Origin: Candidatus Borrarchaeum weybense
Lineage (GTDB): Archaea > Asgardarchaeota > Sifarchaeia > Borrarchaeales > Borrarchaeaceae
Reading direction: 5' to 3'
Length of the DNA stretch: 64,000 nt
Assembly: GCA_019057385.1 (NCBI GenBank)
Contig: JAHQJS010000004.1
Coordinates: 576,001-640,000, forward strand
In this document: one piece after another, positions 1 to 9,228 of the stretch
Layout of the letters: the number at the start of each line of letters is the position of its first letter
How positions within the stretch are numbered: position 1 is the stretch's first letter
Made by a program: the position numbers and the translations under genes
Notes under the pieces: model-generated
The model's input: the letters and a program-made list of their open reading frames with translations, nothing else
Database searches by the model: none
Told to the model about the DNA's origin: nothing

Positions 1-397
1 TAACCTCTTTGTATATTTTTCCATTGCTTTCAACCTGTAATATCTCTGGATATTCTTCCCGAAGCCAATCTGGAATACCATAGCCGGCATATTCGGCAAA
101 GATATAGGGACCAGGTCTAACTACAAGTTTATAACCTAGTCGTTTGACGATTGAGATAAATTCAGCAAGATTTCTCTCAGGGACGGTGTTACCTTCGTAA
201 TCAAATTGACCTTCATTAATCTCATGCCAAATCCAAGGAATGTAAGTAGAAATTGTATTAAACCCCGCGTCTTTTAATTGAGTTAAACTACTCTCCCATA
301 AATCCCTCGGAATGCGAAAATAATGATATGCGCCGCTTATAAGAGTAAAAGGTTCCCCATCAACAAACCAAACATTATCTTTGATCTCAGACGTCAT
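1..397 (-). CDS. GH35 beta-galactosidase-family glycoside hydrolase, N-terminal part (runs off window)
   Basis: Hand translation from ATG at 397: MTSEIKDNVWFVDGEPFTLISGAYHYFRIPRDLW...DAGFNTISTYIPWIWHE...VVRPGPYIFAEYAGYGIPDWL. These are the GH35 HYFR, YIPW..HE and RPGPYI.AE motifs. Absent from the ORF track. Confidence 0.9.
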   Translation of the reverse strand, partial: MTSEIKDNVWFVDGEPFTLISGAYHYFRIPRDLWESSLTQLKDAGFNTISTYIPWIWHEINEGQFDYEGNTVPERNLAEFISIVKRLGYKLVVRPGPYIFAEYAGYGIPDWLREEYPEILQVESNGKIYKEV

Positions 398-635
398 ATT
401 CTAACATCCCTACTCTCTACTTCAATATTTTCAAAAACAATATGTAAAACTTTTCGGTCTAAAATTGAATACTTTATAGGGCATCTTTTTTAAAAAGCCA
501 AGTCATATGCTTTTTACTACTATTTTGTTAATTTATCTCAATATATTGCTTGCTGAAAACGTTTAATTTACCAACTTGTTGAACATACTAGAAAAATTCA
601 ATAAAATAAAAAAACAATAATCCTTGATTGGGTGA

Positions 636-1337
636 TTGATCACACCCCAGTTCACCTATAATATCATATATAACCAGGGGAATTATTTGAAAGAGAAGAC
701 AAAAATAAAATTTAGAAGAGAGGTAAGCCGAAAACTATTCCATCTCACTATTCTAGTTGTTGTCATTCTATATTATTTTTCTAATAAGCCAACAACTCTA
801 TTATGGTGTTCTATTTTTTTGTTGGGGTTTGTTGTATCAGATATCATTCGTGTAAAAGCCTATTACTTATTTCCTTTACGAAAAATGGCGGATACAGTCA
901 CGAGGCCGTTCGAAAAGCGAACTTTAGGTGCTGCTGTCTACTTCACAATAGGTGCATTGACTACAGTTTTTTTATTTGAAAAGATAATCGCTATCGCAGC
1001 AGTTACTATCGCAGCAGCCGGAGATGGGATGGCAGCAGTTACTGGAATTGCTCTTGGAAGACACAAGATTTCTAAAGATTCACAAAAGACAGTTGAAGGG
1101 GCAATAGGTGCGTTTCTTACCAGTTTAGGTCTTAGTATATTTTTCTTCTTTGAAACACCTTTATTTTGGCCAATTATTATTTCGATAGTAGCTGCAAGTG
1201 TAGTTGTTTCAGTTGACTTAGTTGAGTTGCCGATTGATGATAACCTTATCCTGTCAATCATTCTAGGTTTCGCAATTACATATGTTCATCTTGCCCGTTT
1301 TTATATGAGTGATATTCTCAGCATTATCTTCTTTTAA
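636..1337 (+). CDS. Dolichol/phytol kinase-like (CTP-dependent polyprenol kinase) membrane protein
   Basis: RKLFH, GDGMAAVTG..LGRHK, KTVEG and DDNL motifs; multiple TM helices. Start codon uncertain. Confidence 0.8.
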   Translation: MITPQFTYNIIYNQGNYLKEKTKIKFRREVSRKLFHLTILVVVILYYFSNKPTTLLWCSIFLLGFVVSDIIRVKAYYLFPLRKMADTVTRPFEKRTLGAAVYFTIGALTTVFLFEKIIAIAAVTIAAAGDGMAAVTGIALGRHKISKDSQKTVEGAIGAFLTSLGLSIFFFFETPLFWPIIISIVAASVVVSVDLVELPIDDNLILSIILGFAITYVHLARFYMSDILSIIFF

Positions 1338-1362
1338 GAAACCCAGTTTGGCTAAAATGCAT

Positions 1363-2547
1363 TTATTGATTCTTTCGCTTGCCAATACGAGCAGAATGTA
1401 GAAAGAGCCCTATAATGAGAATAAATGGTATAAAAAATCCAACAACAAAATTAAAGGCTGATATCTTGATTGAAATGATGAATTCCACAGCATAAACAAT
1501 ATTTAGATTGAACGCGAAAGGCTTAAAGAGAATAATAAGTCTAAGTGTTTTTTCTCCAAAAGTGTAGGGGATCAAAGACGATTGTACTTCAATTGAAATA
1601 TGATTCGATCCTTCTGTAATGTTAAAAGGCTTCTCAAATCTCTCAAATCCTCCTGATTCTGATTCTACTCGAACAAATAAATTAGAGCGATTTTGTAGAC
1701 TGAAAATATTAATTGTTAATATCACAGATGCTCCTTGGACAACACTGGTTGCGCCAACAACAATTTCAGTAACATCTAAGACGAACCACCCGAAAATATT
1801 TAAAAGAAGGTTCCTTGCTTCCCCTTCAAGAAATTCGTTACTAAAAAGATCAGAATCCCCTATAGCTACGATTTTTCCACTTTTTAACCGACTTGATGTC
1901 AATACTGTTGCATTTGAGGGACTAGCCTCTAAGGAAGTAAATGCGATTGGTCTACCACCAAATATTGAAGTCGCATTATAGAGCGTGAACTCCTGAACAT
2001 CAGTAGTATTGATAATAGGATGCTTAGAGAATCTTGAAATTGTTGGCTGATCAGGACGGCCATCATTGCTACTGACATCTTCAATAAGTTCTTGGTCAAA
2101 TTCTATTCCAAAATGCGATGAAAGAGAGTTAATAGAAGTAGTCAAAGTTGAATTGAATTCATAATCACCAAGCAAGAAAAGGTTTCCACCATTAGCGACA
2201 AAAGTCTCTATGAGTTGTGTCTCATTCGGAAGAAACGTCTTGTGGGGAGCAGTTACTACAAAAATATCACAGTTAAGAAGCACTATAGAAAGGTCAGTGT
2301 GTATCTCTGTACTTTTGTTTACTAAATAACCTTTATTATTAAGCAATTCAGCGGCATTATTAAACTCCCCATTAATTGAATTGGTTTCTTCGTGAGTATT
2401 ATCAAATACAATTCTCATAAGAGGCTGATCTGCTGCAGTAACATGATTATCATTGTCCGTAATAGGCAAACCTGCAATGAGCACAAAGATAAGACAAAAT
2501 ATCGTAAGAAAAACAGCACTTTGTTTTAAGGGTGTGAAGTATCGCAT
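1363..2547 (-). CDS. Secreted, C-terminally anchored GIFT (GldG/IFT52-like, DUF4350) domain protein
   Basis: Signal-like N-terminus; IVFDNTHEE, FVANGGNLFLLGD, INSLSSHFGIEF and GKIVAIGDSDLFSN motifs; beta-rich domain then a C-terminal TM helix. Confidence 0.7.
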   Translation of the reverse strand: MRYFTPLKQSAVFLTIFCLIFVLIAGLPITDNDNHVTAADQPLMRIVFDNTHEETNSINGEFNNAAELLNNKGYLVNKSTEIHTDLSIVLLNCDIFVVTAPHKTFLPNETQLIETFVANGGNLFLLGDYEFNSTLTTSINSLSSHFGIEFDQELIEDVSSNDGRPDQPTISRFSKHPIINTTDVQEFTLYNATSIFGGRPIAFTSLEASPSNATVLTSSRLKSGKIVAIGDSDLFSNEFLEGEARNLLLNIFGWFVLDVTEIVVGATSVVQGASVILTINIFSLQNRSNLFVRVESESGGFERFEKPFNITEGSNHISIEVQSSLIPYTFGEKTLRLIILFKPFAFNLNIVYAVEFIISIKISAFNFVVGFFIPFILIIGLFLHSARIGKRKNQ

Positions 2548-2894
2548 AAGTTTTCCCTTACAATATTTTTAGTAATGCACAATAGTTATTCTAAAAGCAA
2601 AGAAAATGACTAAAAATGTTTTGGAGATAAAATACCTTTTGATCTCTCCACCATAATTGCATGAAAGACCTCAAAACTTGGGATTAGGCAATTTTTATAA
2701 GAAAGCATTGCGTTATTTGTATAACAACCTAGGTGTGTCAATTCAACATATCCCTCCATGAGATTGAATCTGGTAGATTTTTCATTAATTTATCGCATAG
2801 AAAACTTCTATCATCATCTAAAAAGAACATCTGGTTGTTATGCACAGTGTTTCATTAAGAATGAAGAGCAAAAGCTCTTGAATTAGTATCAAAG

Positions 2895-4409
2895 GTGAAA
2901 AATGTGAGTTGGACAAAAAGAGTGAAAGTAACTGAAAAGACGGTTGAACGAGTAGAGGCTTCACAAGCAAGATATACAGCCTATAATGTTCGCTTGGGGA
3001 AGCCATTGTTATATATTCTACCACTATTTTTGGTTGGTCTCACAATTGTTTCATTATTAAATATCTTTAATGCTATGGTGTTATTGTATGTATTTGTTGT
3101 TGTGCTTTTGGTATTTGCTATTAATACTTTGATGCTAGGTTTTGCAGCGACAAGAACAAAAAGCGCCTTTACGAAACGCCTTCAACTTGAAAGACAAAAA
3201 GGGAGACCTCTGGATAGCTTAAGAGGCTTTGTTGCGATTAAACGTAATATTGATGCAACCATCTTCACTTTGAAATTGTTGTTTGTTATCAGCATTCTAG
3301 TGCTAATCATCTACCTTGTTTACGTTTATATGATTTTCACTAATGTAGATGTCAATTTAGCTCAGTGGGTAGCTTATGGAGGGCTGGGGTTGGCATTAGT
3401 ATGCTTCGGAGGAGCACTTCTAGTGCAAAGTGTACAAATGGACATTACCTCAGTGACAGGACTTTCTGATTTCTATAGACCCTCTGCACATGAATTATTT
3501 GTAGATAACTTTTTTGGTGACGTTTTTCAAGGCCATTTAGATCCAGTAGTTTATTTAAAATGGGATGAATTTACTGAAGAAGTCAGGAAAAGCCTAAAAC
3601 CCGGTTTCATAAACTCAATACTGGCAGAAGAACCTGACGAAATACCGGTAAAGTTTGCTATTGAGAAACTGCTTTACTTGCACTATTTGGAATATAGCGG
3701 TGTTTTAGACCATAAAGAAGTCTTGAGAGAATTAGAAGAGTTCCTTGATCTTAATTCAGGGTTTTATCATCCTGACCAAGGTGTTAAGATCGGCGGAAGA
3801 CGCTATTTTCATTGGAACGACATTTTCAAGATATTTGACTTAATTGAAAGTTATAGTCCAGCATTTTTTGATATTGTAGATAGATTACAGCTTGAATTAA
3901 TGGACAATATTACAATCGTTGCGGACGATCCTGTTTATATGGATGTTTCAGCTAGTGAAGTATGCAGAAAGGACGATGAATGTAATTTGTTTTTGATGAT
4001 CTATAACAACGCACCCGAAACGAAAGACTACTTTGTACGAATCATCTCACCAGGTTTTGAACCTAACGAATTGAAGGTAAAAGTACCTGTAGAAGGACGT
4101 GGCAACTTTGAGATTCCTAAAAAACCAATTGCGCTTACTGATGAATCTGATGAGGATGTTGTGTACATACTTGCTACAATGATTAAAAATGCTGATTCTC
4201 TATGGGTAACGTTTGAGCCACGAGATATTGGTATTCAGACAGTGCAGGTTTTCCTTGAGGACGCTGAGGGCAGAATTATTGAAGGAAAGACTATGGCCAT
4301 TGACATTATAAGAAATATTGAGCATCTCCTTAAAAGATTTACTTCCTTCGGTTCAATGGCCGGTGGGGCTGCGAGTCCTCTCTTAAGACTGATTGGGTTC
4401 GATTTTTAA
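2895..4409 (+). CDS. Uncharacterised membrane protein (4 N-terminal TM helices, soluble C-terminal region)
   Basis: 504-aa ORF; hydrophobic N-terminal third, beta-rich C-terminus; no family recognised. Confidence 0.7.
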   Translation: MKNVSWTKRVKVTEKTVERVEASQARYTAYNVRLGKPLLYILPLFLVGLTIVSLLNIFNAMVLLYVFVVVLLVFAINTLMLGFAATRTKSAFTKRLQLERQKGRPLDSLRGFVAIKRNIDATIFTLKLLFVISILVLIIYLVYVYMIFTNVDVNLAQWVAYGGLGLALVCFGGALLVQSVQMDITSVTGLSDFYRPSAHELFVDNFFGDVFQGHLDPVVYLKWDEFTEEVRKSLKPGFINSILAEEPDEIPVKFAIEKLLYLHYLEYSGVLDHKEVLRELEEFLDLNSGFYHPDQGVKIGGRRYFHWNDIFKIFDLIESYSPAFFDIVDRLQLELMDNITIVADDPVYMDVSASEVCRKDDECNLFLMIYNNAPETKDYFVRIISPGFEPNELKVKVPVEGRGNFEIPKKPIALTDESDEDVVYILATMIKNADSLWVTFEPRDIGIQTVQVFLEDAEGRIIEGKTMAIDIIRNIEHLLKRFTSFGSMAGGAASPLLRLIGFDF

Positions 4410-4499
4410 TTCATCAGCAATAATAGACTTTTTGTCTAAAAATTCCCTTTTATTTTTTAGTGAAGGGCAACTGATGTAAACTTAATCACAACGTAGGCC

Positions 4500-5606
4500 A
4501 TGCACTTAGGGGTTAAAAAAATGCACGTTTCAGACAATATAAAATTTGGTATCTGCCCTAATCTTTATCCAATTGATGTGATCTACGAAAGTGCGCTGTA
4601 TGCTGATAATAATGGCTTTGCCTCTGTTATGATGGGTGACCATCTTATTGCTATTGGGATTAAACGTTTTGATTGCCTCGAAGCATGGAATACTTTATCT
4701 GCCTTAGCTGTAAAAACAAAAAAGGTGAAGTTAGGCACTTGTGTTACCGATCCTCATCGACGACCTCCGGCAGTATTAGCACAAACTGTAACCACACTTG
4801 ATATCATTAGTAATGGAAGAGCAATATTAGGTATTGGACCCGGCGAAGCAATGAACTTAGATCCTTATGGTGTAACTTGGAAGCGACCGGTATCGCGAAT
4901 GCAAGAATCTCTTAAAATAATTAAGAGCTTATGGACAAAGGAGATGACAGACTATAACGGGGACTTCTTTAGCCTTCAAGAAGCCATATTTGAGCCAAAG
5001 CCAATTCAACAACCACATCCTCCCATTTGGATAGCCGCTAACTCACCAAGAACTATGAAGATAACAGGTGAATTGGCTGATGGATGGTTTCCACTCAATA
5101 TTTCACCTGAAGCCTACAAAGAGAAACTTACATTCATTAGAAAACATGCAAAAGATGCTGGACGATCTCCTGAAGATATTGAACCCGCACTGTTCATGTA
5201 TACGCTTGTTGCACCAACTTCTGATGAGGCTATTGAAAGATTTGAACTGCCTGCAAAAATGCTTTTGGCGTTTTTTCCACGACTGCTTAAAGAGAAGTTT
5301 GGCTATACGTTACCTAACGAGAAATTCAATGCAGCAAAGTTCATTGTTACGCCTTCTAATGTTAAAGAACTCCTAAGCCAAGTGAAAGACATTCCTATGG
5401 AAGCGGTTGAAAAATTTTTTGTTTTCGGTTCACCTGACGAGTGTATCGAAGGAATTGAAAAATTCAAAAAAGCAGGAACTAGGCATTTTGCCTTGGCTTT
5501 GCTTGTTCCTCCACCAAAATTGATGCCTACATTAAAAATGTATCGTGAAAAAGTCATAGCTTATTTCAAAGAATCAACAACGTCATCACTATCGTCTATT
5601 CCTTAG
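4500..5606 (+). CDS. LLM-class (luciferase-like) flavin/F420-dependent oxidoreductase
   Basis: GDH, TLDIISNGRAILGIGPG, PKPIQQPHPPIWIA and GELADGW motifs; real start may be ATG 4521. Confidence 0.9.
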   Translation: MHLGVKKMHVSDNIKFGICPNLYPIDVIYESALYADNNGFASVMMGDHLIAIGIKRFDCLEAWNTLSALAVKTKKVKLGTCVTDPHRRPPAVLAQTVTTLDIISNGRAILGIGPGEAMNLDPYGVTWKRPVSRMQESLKIIKSLWTKEMTDYNGDFFSLQEAIFEPKPIQQPHPPIWIAANSPRTMKITGELADGWFPLNISPEAYKEKLTFIRKHAKDAGRSPEDIEPALFMYTLVAPTSDEAIERFELPAKMLLAFFPRLLKEKFGYTLPNEKFNAAKFIVTPSNVKELLSQVKDIPMEAVEKFFVFGSPDECIEGIEKFKKAGTRHFALALLVPPPKLMPTLKMYREKVIAYFKESTTSSLSSIP

Positions 5607-5667
5607 ACTTGTTCTTCATTTTTATAATTAAAGTGATATATACGAAAGGTGGTAAATTAGAGAAATT

Positions 5668-5925
5668 GTGGTGAATATTATGAAAAAAGTTGGCGTTGTA
5701 GATAAATTCTATTCTAAGATAAGCGTGGCCTTAGTTACGCTTAGTGATACTTTGGCTGTAGATGATAAGATAAAAATTAAAGGGGCGACGACTGATTTTG
5801 AACAGGTTGTTAAGAGTATGCAGATTGAACATGAATCAATTAATTCTGCAACAAAAGGTCAGATGATAGGATTGAAAGTTGAAAATAGGGTACGACCTCA
5901 TGATGAGGTGTTTATTGTAGAATAG
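5668..5925 (+). CDS. Small translation-elongation-factor domain II-like (U32 peptidase C-terminal-like) protein
   Basis: VGVVDKFYSKISVA...IKIKGATTDFEQVVKSMQIEH...GLKVENRVRPHDEVF. Confidence 0.75.
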   Translation: MVNIMKKVGVVDKFYSKISVALVTLSDTLAVDDKIKIKGATTDFEQVVKSMQIEHESINSATKGQMIGLKVENRVRPHDEVFIVE

Positions 5926-6004
5926 CCTGTATCAAAATTTTAAGTTCATTTTTTTAAATTGACTTTTTTGTAGTTTCATCAAAAAAATAGGACCAAAAAA
6001 TCGG

Positions 6005-7312
6005 TCATTTCGAGTAATCGTAGAATCCTCTTCCAGTTTTTCGCCCTAATCGACCAGCTCGTACCATCTTTCGAAGCAGTGGGCACGCTTTATATTTTGG
6101 ATCTCCGAATTCTTCATAAAGATAGTCAAGAATCGCTAGTACGACATCTAATCCTATAAAGTCAGCGAGTGTGAGAGGACCCATTGGATGATTCAATCCA
6201 AGTTTCATCGCTGTATCGATTCCTTCGGCGCTAGAAACTCCCTCTTGAAAAGCAATTATAGCCTCATTGATCATGGGAGTTAGTATTCTATTGACGACGA
6301 ACCCTGGTGCTTCATTAACAAGAACTACAGTCTTATCGAGTTTTTTCACGAATGTTTGCACAGTTTCATATGTTTCATCTGAAGTGCTAAATCCTCGAAT
6401 TAATTCGACTAACTTCATTATAGGCGCTGGGTTGAAGAAGTGTACACCAACTACATTAGCTGGTCTTTTTGTTGCAGAAGCTATCTCTGTTATGCTCAAT
6501 GAAGACGTATTGCTGCCGATAATCGCTTCAGGTTTACATATATTGTCAAGATCGCTAAAGATCTTCTTCTTAAGATCCATGTTTTCTGGTGCAGCTTCAA
6601 TGACGATATCTGCATCTTTTACCGCATTTAAATCTAATGAGCCTTCAATTCTTCCCATTATTGAATCTGCTTGTACTTGTGAAATTTTCCCTTTATCAGC
6701 ACTTCTTGTAACGAATTTCTTGATAGTATTCAGGCCTTTTTGAAGAAACTCATCTGCAACATCTGTCACGACAACATTAAACCCATTCTCTGCCGCAACT
6801 TGGGCAATTCCCGCTCCCATAGTTCCTGCACCAATAACAGCGACCTTCTTTATAACAAAATCTTCCTCAACCTCTTTTTCAACTTCTTCGAGCCCTGTTC
6901 CAACCTCAAAGGCTAAGGCCATCCCAGATTTCGTGGCCATAAATCTTGCGGTCACAGATTTACCAATTTCGACAGTTTCTGGTTTCGATTGCTCTATTCC
7001 GAGAAGAACTGCACTAATTGATGCCCCCTCATCTAATTTTACGACACAATAAGCGTAAGGATGCTTCATATCATAGCCTTTTTGACAATATTCTGAAGTA
7101 CCTACATAAATATTCGTGAATGATTCAACTTTTCCTTTCCCAGCAAGTTCTTGCCATTTGGTATCGGTACTTTGGCACTTTGAACATATTTGTCGTGGCG
7201 GTAAATCAATATTACCACAATTCTTACACTTTGTCCCCATGAGTTTCTTTTCATTCAAAAACTCGTGATAAGATGCCATTGAAATTTCTTTTTCAGCAGT
7301 CATTTTTTCCAC
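6005..7312 (-). CDS. hbd: Fusion of DUF35 Zn-ribbon/OB-fold domain and 3-hydroxybutyryl-CoA dehydrogenase
   Basis: N-terminal CKNC..PPRQICSKC plus OB fold; C-terminal GAGTMGAG, SNTSSLSI, HFFNP, PGFVVNR and HPMGP motifs. Confidence 0.9.
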   Translation of the reverse strand: MEKMTAEKEISMASYHEFLNEKKLMGTKCKNCGNIDLPPRQICSKCQSTDTKWQELAGKGKVESFTNIYVGTSEYCQKGYDMKHPYAYCVVKLDEGASISAVLLGIEQSKPETVEIGKSVTARFMATKSGMALAFEVGTGLEEVEKEVEEDFVIKKVAVIGAGTMGAGIAQVAAENGFNVVVTDVADEFLQKGLNTIKKFVTRSADKGKISQVQADSIMGRIEGSLDLNAVKDADIVIEAAPENMDLKKKIFSDLDNICKPEAIIGSNTSSLSITEIASATKRPANVVGVHFFNPAPIMKLVELIRGFSTSDETYETVQTFVKKLDKTVVLVNEAPGFVVNRILTPMINEAIIAFQEGVSSAEGIDTAMKLGLNHPMGPLTLADFIGLDVVLAILDYLYEEFGDPKYKACPLLRKMVRAGRLGRKTGRGFYDYSK

Positions 7313-7520
7313 CTACCTTCGATAAATATGAACATATAAGTGTATACATTCATCGCCCAACTACTTAATATGAAGATTTTCATTAGTGAGTTAATGGTAA
7401 AGTGACTAGAATTACTTCTATTTTACTTGAGTTTAAAAAGTATTGGCCCGATTCGATCGACAGACGGTTTACAAGTTAATAGTTAATACAAAACAAAGTT
7501 TGAGGGGAAAAGGGGGCTAC

Positions 7521-7570
7521 CCTCTGTCTCTCGAACCATTTGCGCTTTCTAGATTCGAGATCATCCTTAT
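7521..7570 (-). promoter_or_regulatory. Eukaryote-like SECIS element in the 3' UTR of the Sec-peroxiredoxin
   Basis: Minus strand AUGA-UCUCGAA-UCUA-GAAAGCGCAAA-UGG-UUCGAGA-GAC: AUGA/GA core, 7-bp perfect helix, apical AAA; about 30 nt after the stop. Confidence 0.85.
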
Positions 7571-7595
7571 CCCTCAGATATTATTGGTTATCACT

Positions 7596-8159
7596 TTAAA
7601 GTTTTCCTGCTAGGTCTATACCGGGTGTTAAACCAGGTTCTCCTTCCTTCCATCCGGCAGGAGCAACTTGTCCGGTTTTTTTATGGAATTGTATGGCCTT
7701 GAGAACTCGGATAACTTCGTCCGTATTGCGTGCTATGGGTTCATTGTATATACTGAGCGCTTGTATCATTCCCTCTGGATCGATCCAGAAGATTGCACGA
7801 AGAGCAAATTTTCTGTCCTCGTCGTAAACCCCGTATAGTCTGCTTATTTCACCGTCTGGGTCAGCTAGCATCGGATAGGTAACTTTCTTGACTGTCGGAG
7901 AAACATCGGTCCAGACCTTATGTGAAAACACTGTATCCATGCTGATTGAAAGCACTTCTGCATTGAGTTCTTTAATTTCATTGTATTGATCGGCTACAGC
8001 GCCTAATTCGGTGGGTCAGATGAAGGTAAAATCGGCAGGATAGAACCAGAGAAGAACCCACTTACCGAGGTAGTCCGCGAGGCTAACTTCTTTGATTTCA
8101 TTGTCAATGTATGCTTGCGTCTTAAAGTCAGGTGCTGGCTTTCCAACAATTGCCTCCAT
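7596..8159 (-). CDS. Selenocysteine-containing AhpC/Prx1-type peroxiredoxin (187 aa, U48)
   Basis: ATG 8159 after a GGTGA SD; reads [12 protein letters not shown]...[13 protein letters not shown](8018-8016)-PTELG, with UGA at the peroxidatic Cys; in frame with ORF 7596..7955; SECIS downstream. Confidence 0.92.
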
Positions 8160-8303
8160 TTTTTTCACCTTTTTGGCTGAAACCGTATCTATATAGGCTT
8201 TAAGTCTAATTGTATGCTCTAAAAAAGCAAATTCTTATTTTTAAAGAGCAAACAGACCCCCGCACTGGTCTGACTTTTGAAGCACTTTTAATACAATTTC
8301 TGC

Positions 8304-8332
8304 CATAATGAAAATGATTATCAATATCATTA
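8304..8332. promoter_or_regulatory. Fur-box-like operator
   Basis: 8304-8322 CATAATGAAAATGATTATC matches the 19-bp Fur consensus GATAATGATAATCATTATC at 16/19. It lies just downstream of a minus-strand TTTATATA box (~8335-8342) facing the Sec-Prx gene. Confidence 0.7.
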
Positions 8333-8650
8333 AATATATAAAATTAACGGATTCAATTCTAAAAGGCCCATCCATCTAATTCAGAAATTTTTCAAAGACG
8401 AGTAATCATCATAAAGAGGCTTAAAAAGCATAGAATTATGCACATAAAGGCAGTTCAAATGGCTCCCGAAAGCACAAGTGGTCTAGCGCACATTTTTCTA
8501 AGAGTGCAACAGTGCTCAATATTGAAGACAACTGGTAACTCGATGAGGGCTTACGGTTCGATAATTTCTGATAGCATAAAAAAAACGAAAATTCACTCGT
8601 AAACCGCTACCATACATTCTTAAGAGTAATAGAGTTTATTATCTTTCAGA

Positions 8651-9127
8651 GTGAGGAAAATGCAATTGCAGAAAAGAAAAAAGGATTTAAATCTCATAAT
8701 ATCTGAGTCTCACTTAAAAGAAAAACTTAAGGAAAGAAATCTACGTTTAACGAAAGCACGAAAAATTATCCTTGAAGAAGTAAAAAAGGCACGGTCTCAT
8801 CCAAGTGCGTATGATATTTGTGTAAAAGTTAGAGAGCGGTTTCCGAACATCGGAATTGCTACGGTCTATCGTAATTTGAAGCTTTTTAAAGAATTAGGCC
8901 TTATTTTTGAGTTAGAATATACTGGGGAACAAGGTAGGTTCGATAGTGGTTCTCCAGATCATTCTCATTTTATTTGTGAGAGGTGTGGAGAGGTTTTCGA
9001 CCTTGAAGATCCCATTGATAAAACACTTGAGGTAACATTTGAAAAACGTATTGGTGCAAAATTTACACACCATAGAGTAGAATTCTATGGACTTTGCAAA
9101 GTATGCAGGTCTACTAAGCGCGCATAG
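8651..9127 (+). CDS. fur: Fur/PerR-family metalloregulator
   Basis: RLTKAR..IL, HPSA, IATVYRNL, HSHFICERCG and YGLCKVC motifs. Confidence 0.92.
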   Translation: MRKMQLQKRKKDLNLIISESHLKEKLKERNLRLTKARKIILEEVKKARSHPSAYDICVKVRERFPNIGIATVYRNLKLFKELGLIFELEYTGEQGRFDSGSPDHSHFICERCGEVFDLEDPIDKTLEVTFEKRIGAKFTHHRVEFYGLCKVCRSTKRA

Positions 9128-9180
9128 ACATTGATTTTTCCAATTTTTTCTCTTTAAGATATACTAAATTCTTTCATTAC

Positions 9181-9228
9181 AAATAACTAAGCAAGAAAGC
9201 ACCACCGCTTTAGCGTGAGGTAGTTCAC
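9181..9228 (+). mobile_element. 48-bp IS200/IS605-derived left-end/right-end hybrid (PATE-like relic)
   Basis: TTAC|aaataactaagcaagAAAGcacca-cgctttagcg-tgaggtagtTCAC. The left part is near-identical to the left end of the MITE at 35696-35900; the right part resembles its right end. Confidence 0.8.

Noticed and set aside
7596-7955. ORF-track 119-aa Prx fragment, or a pseudogene reading
   Set aside because: The upstream frame is intact, the UGA sits at the catalytic Cys and a SECIS follows, so Sec recoding explains it better
9210-9227. Sec read-through of the thiolase UGA stop
   Set aside because: No SECIS nearby, the protein ends at the normal family C-terminus, and a UAA follows four sense codons later
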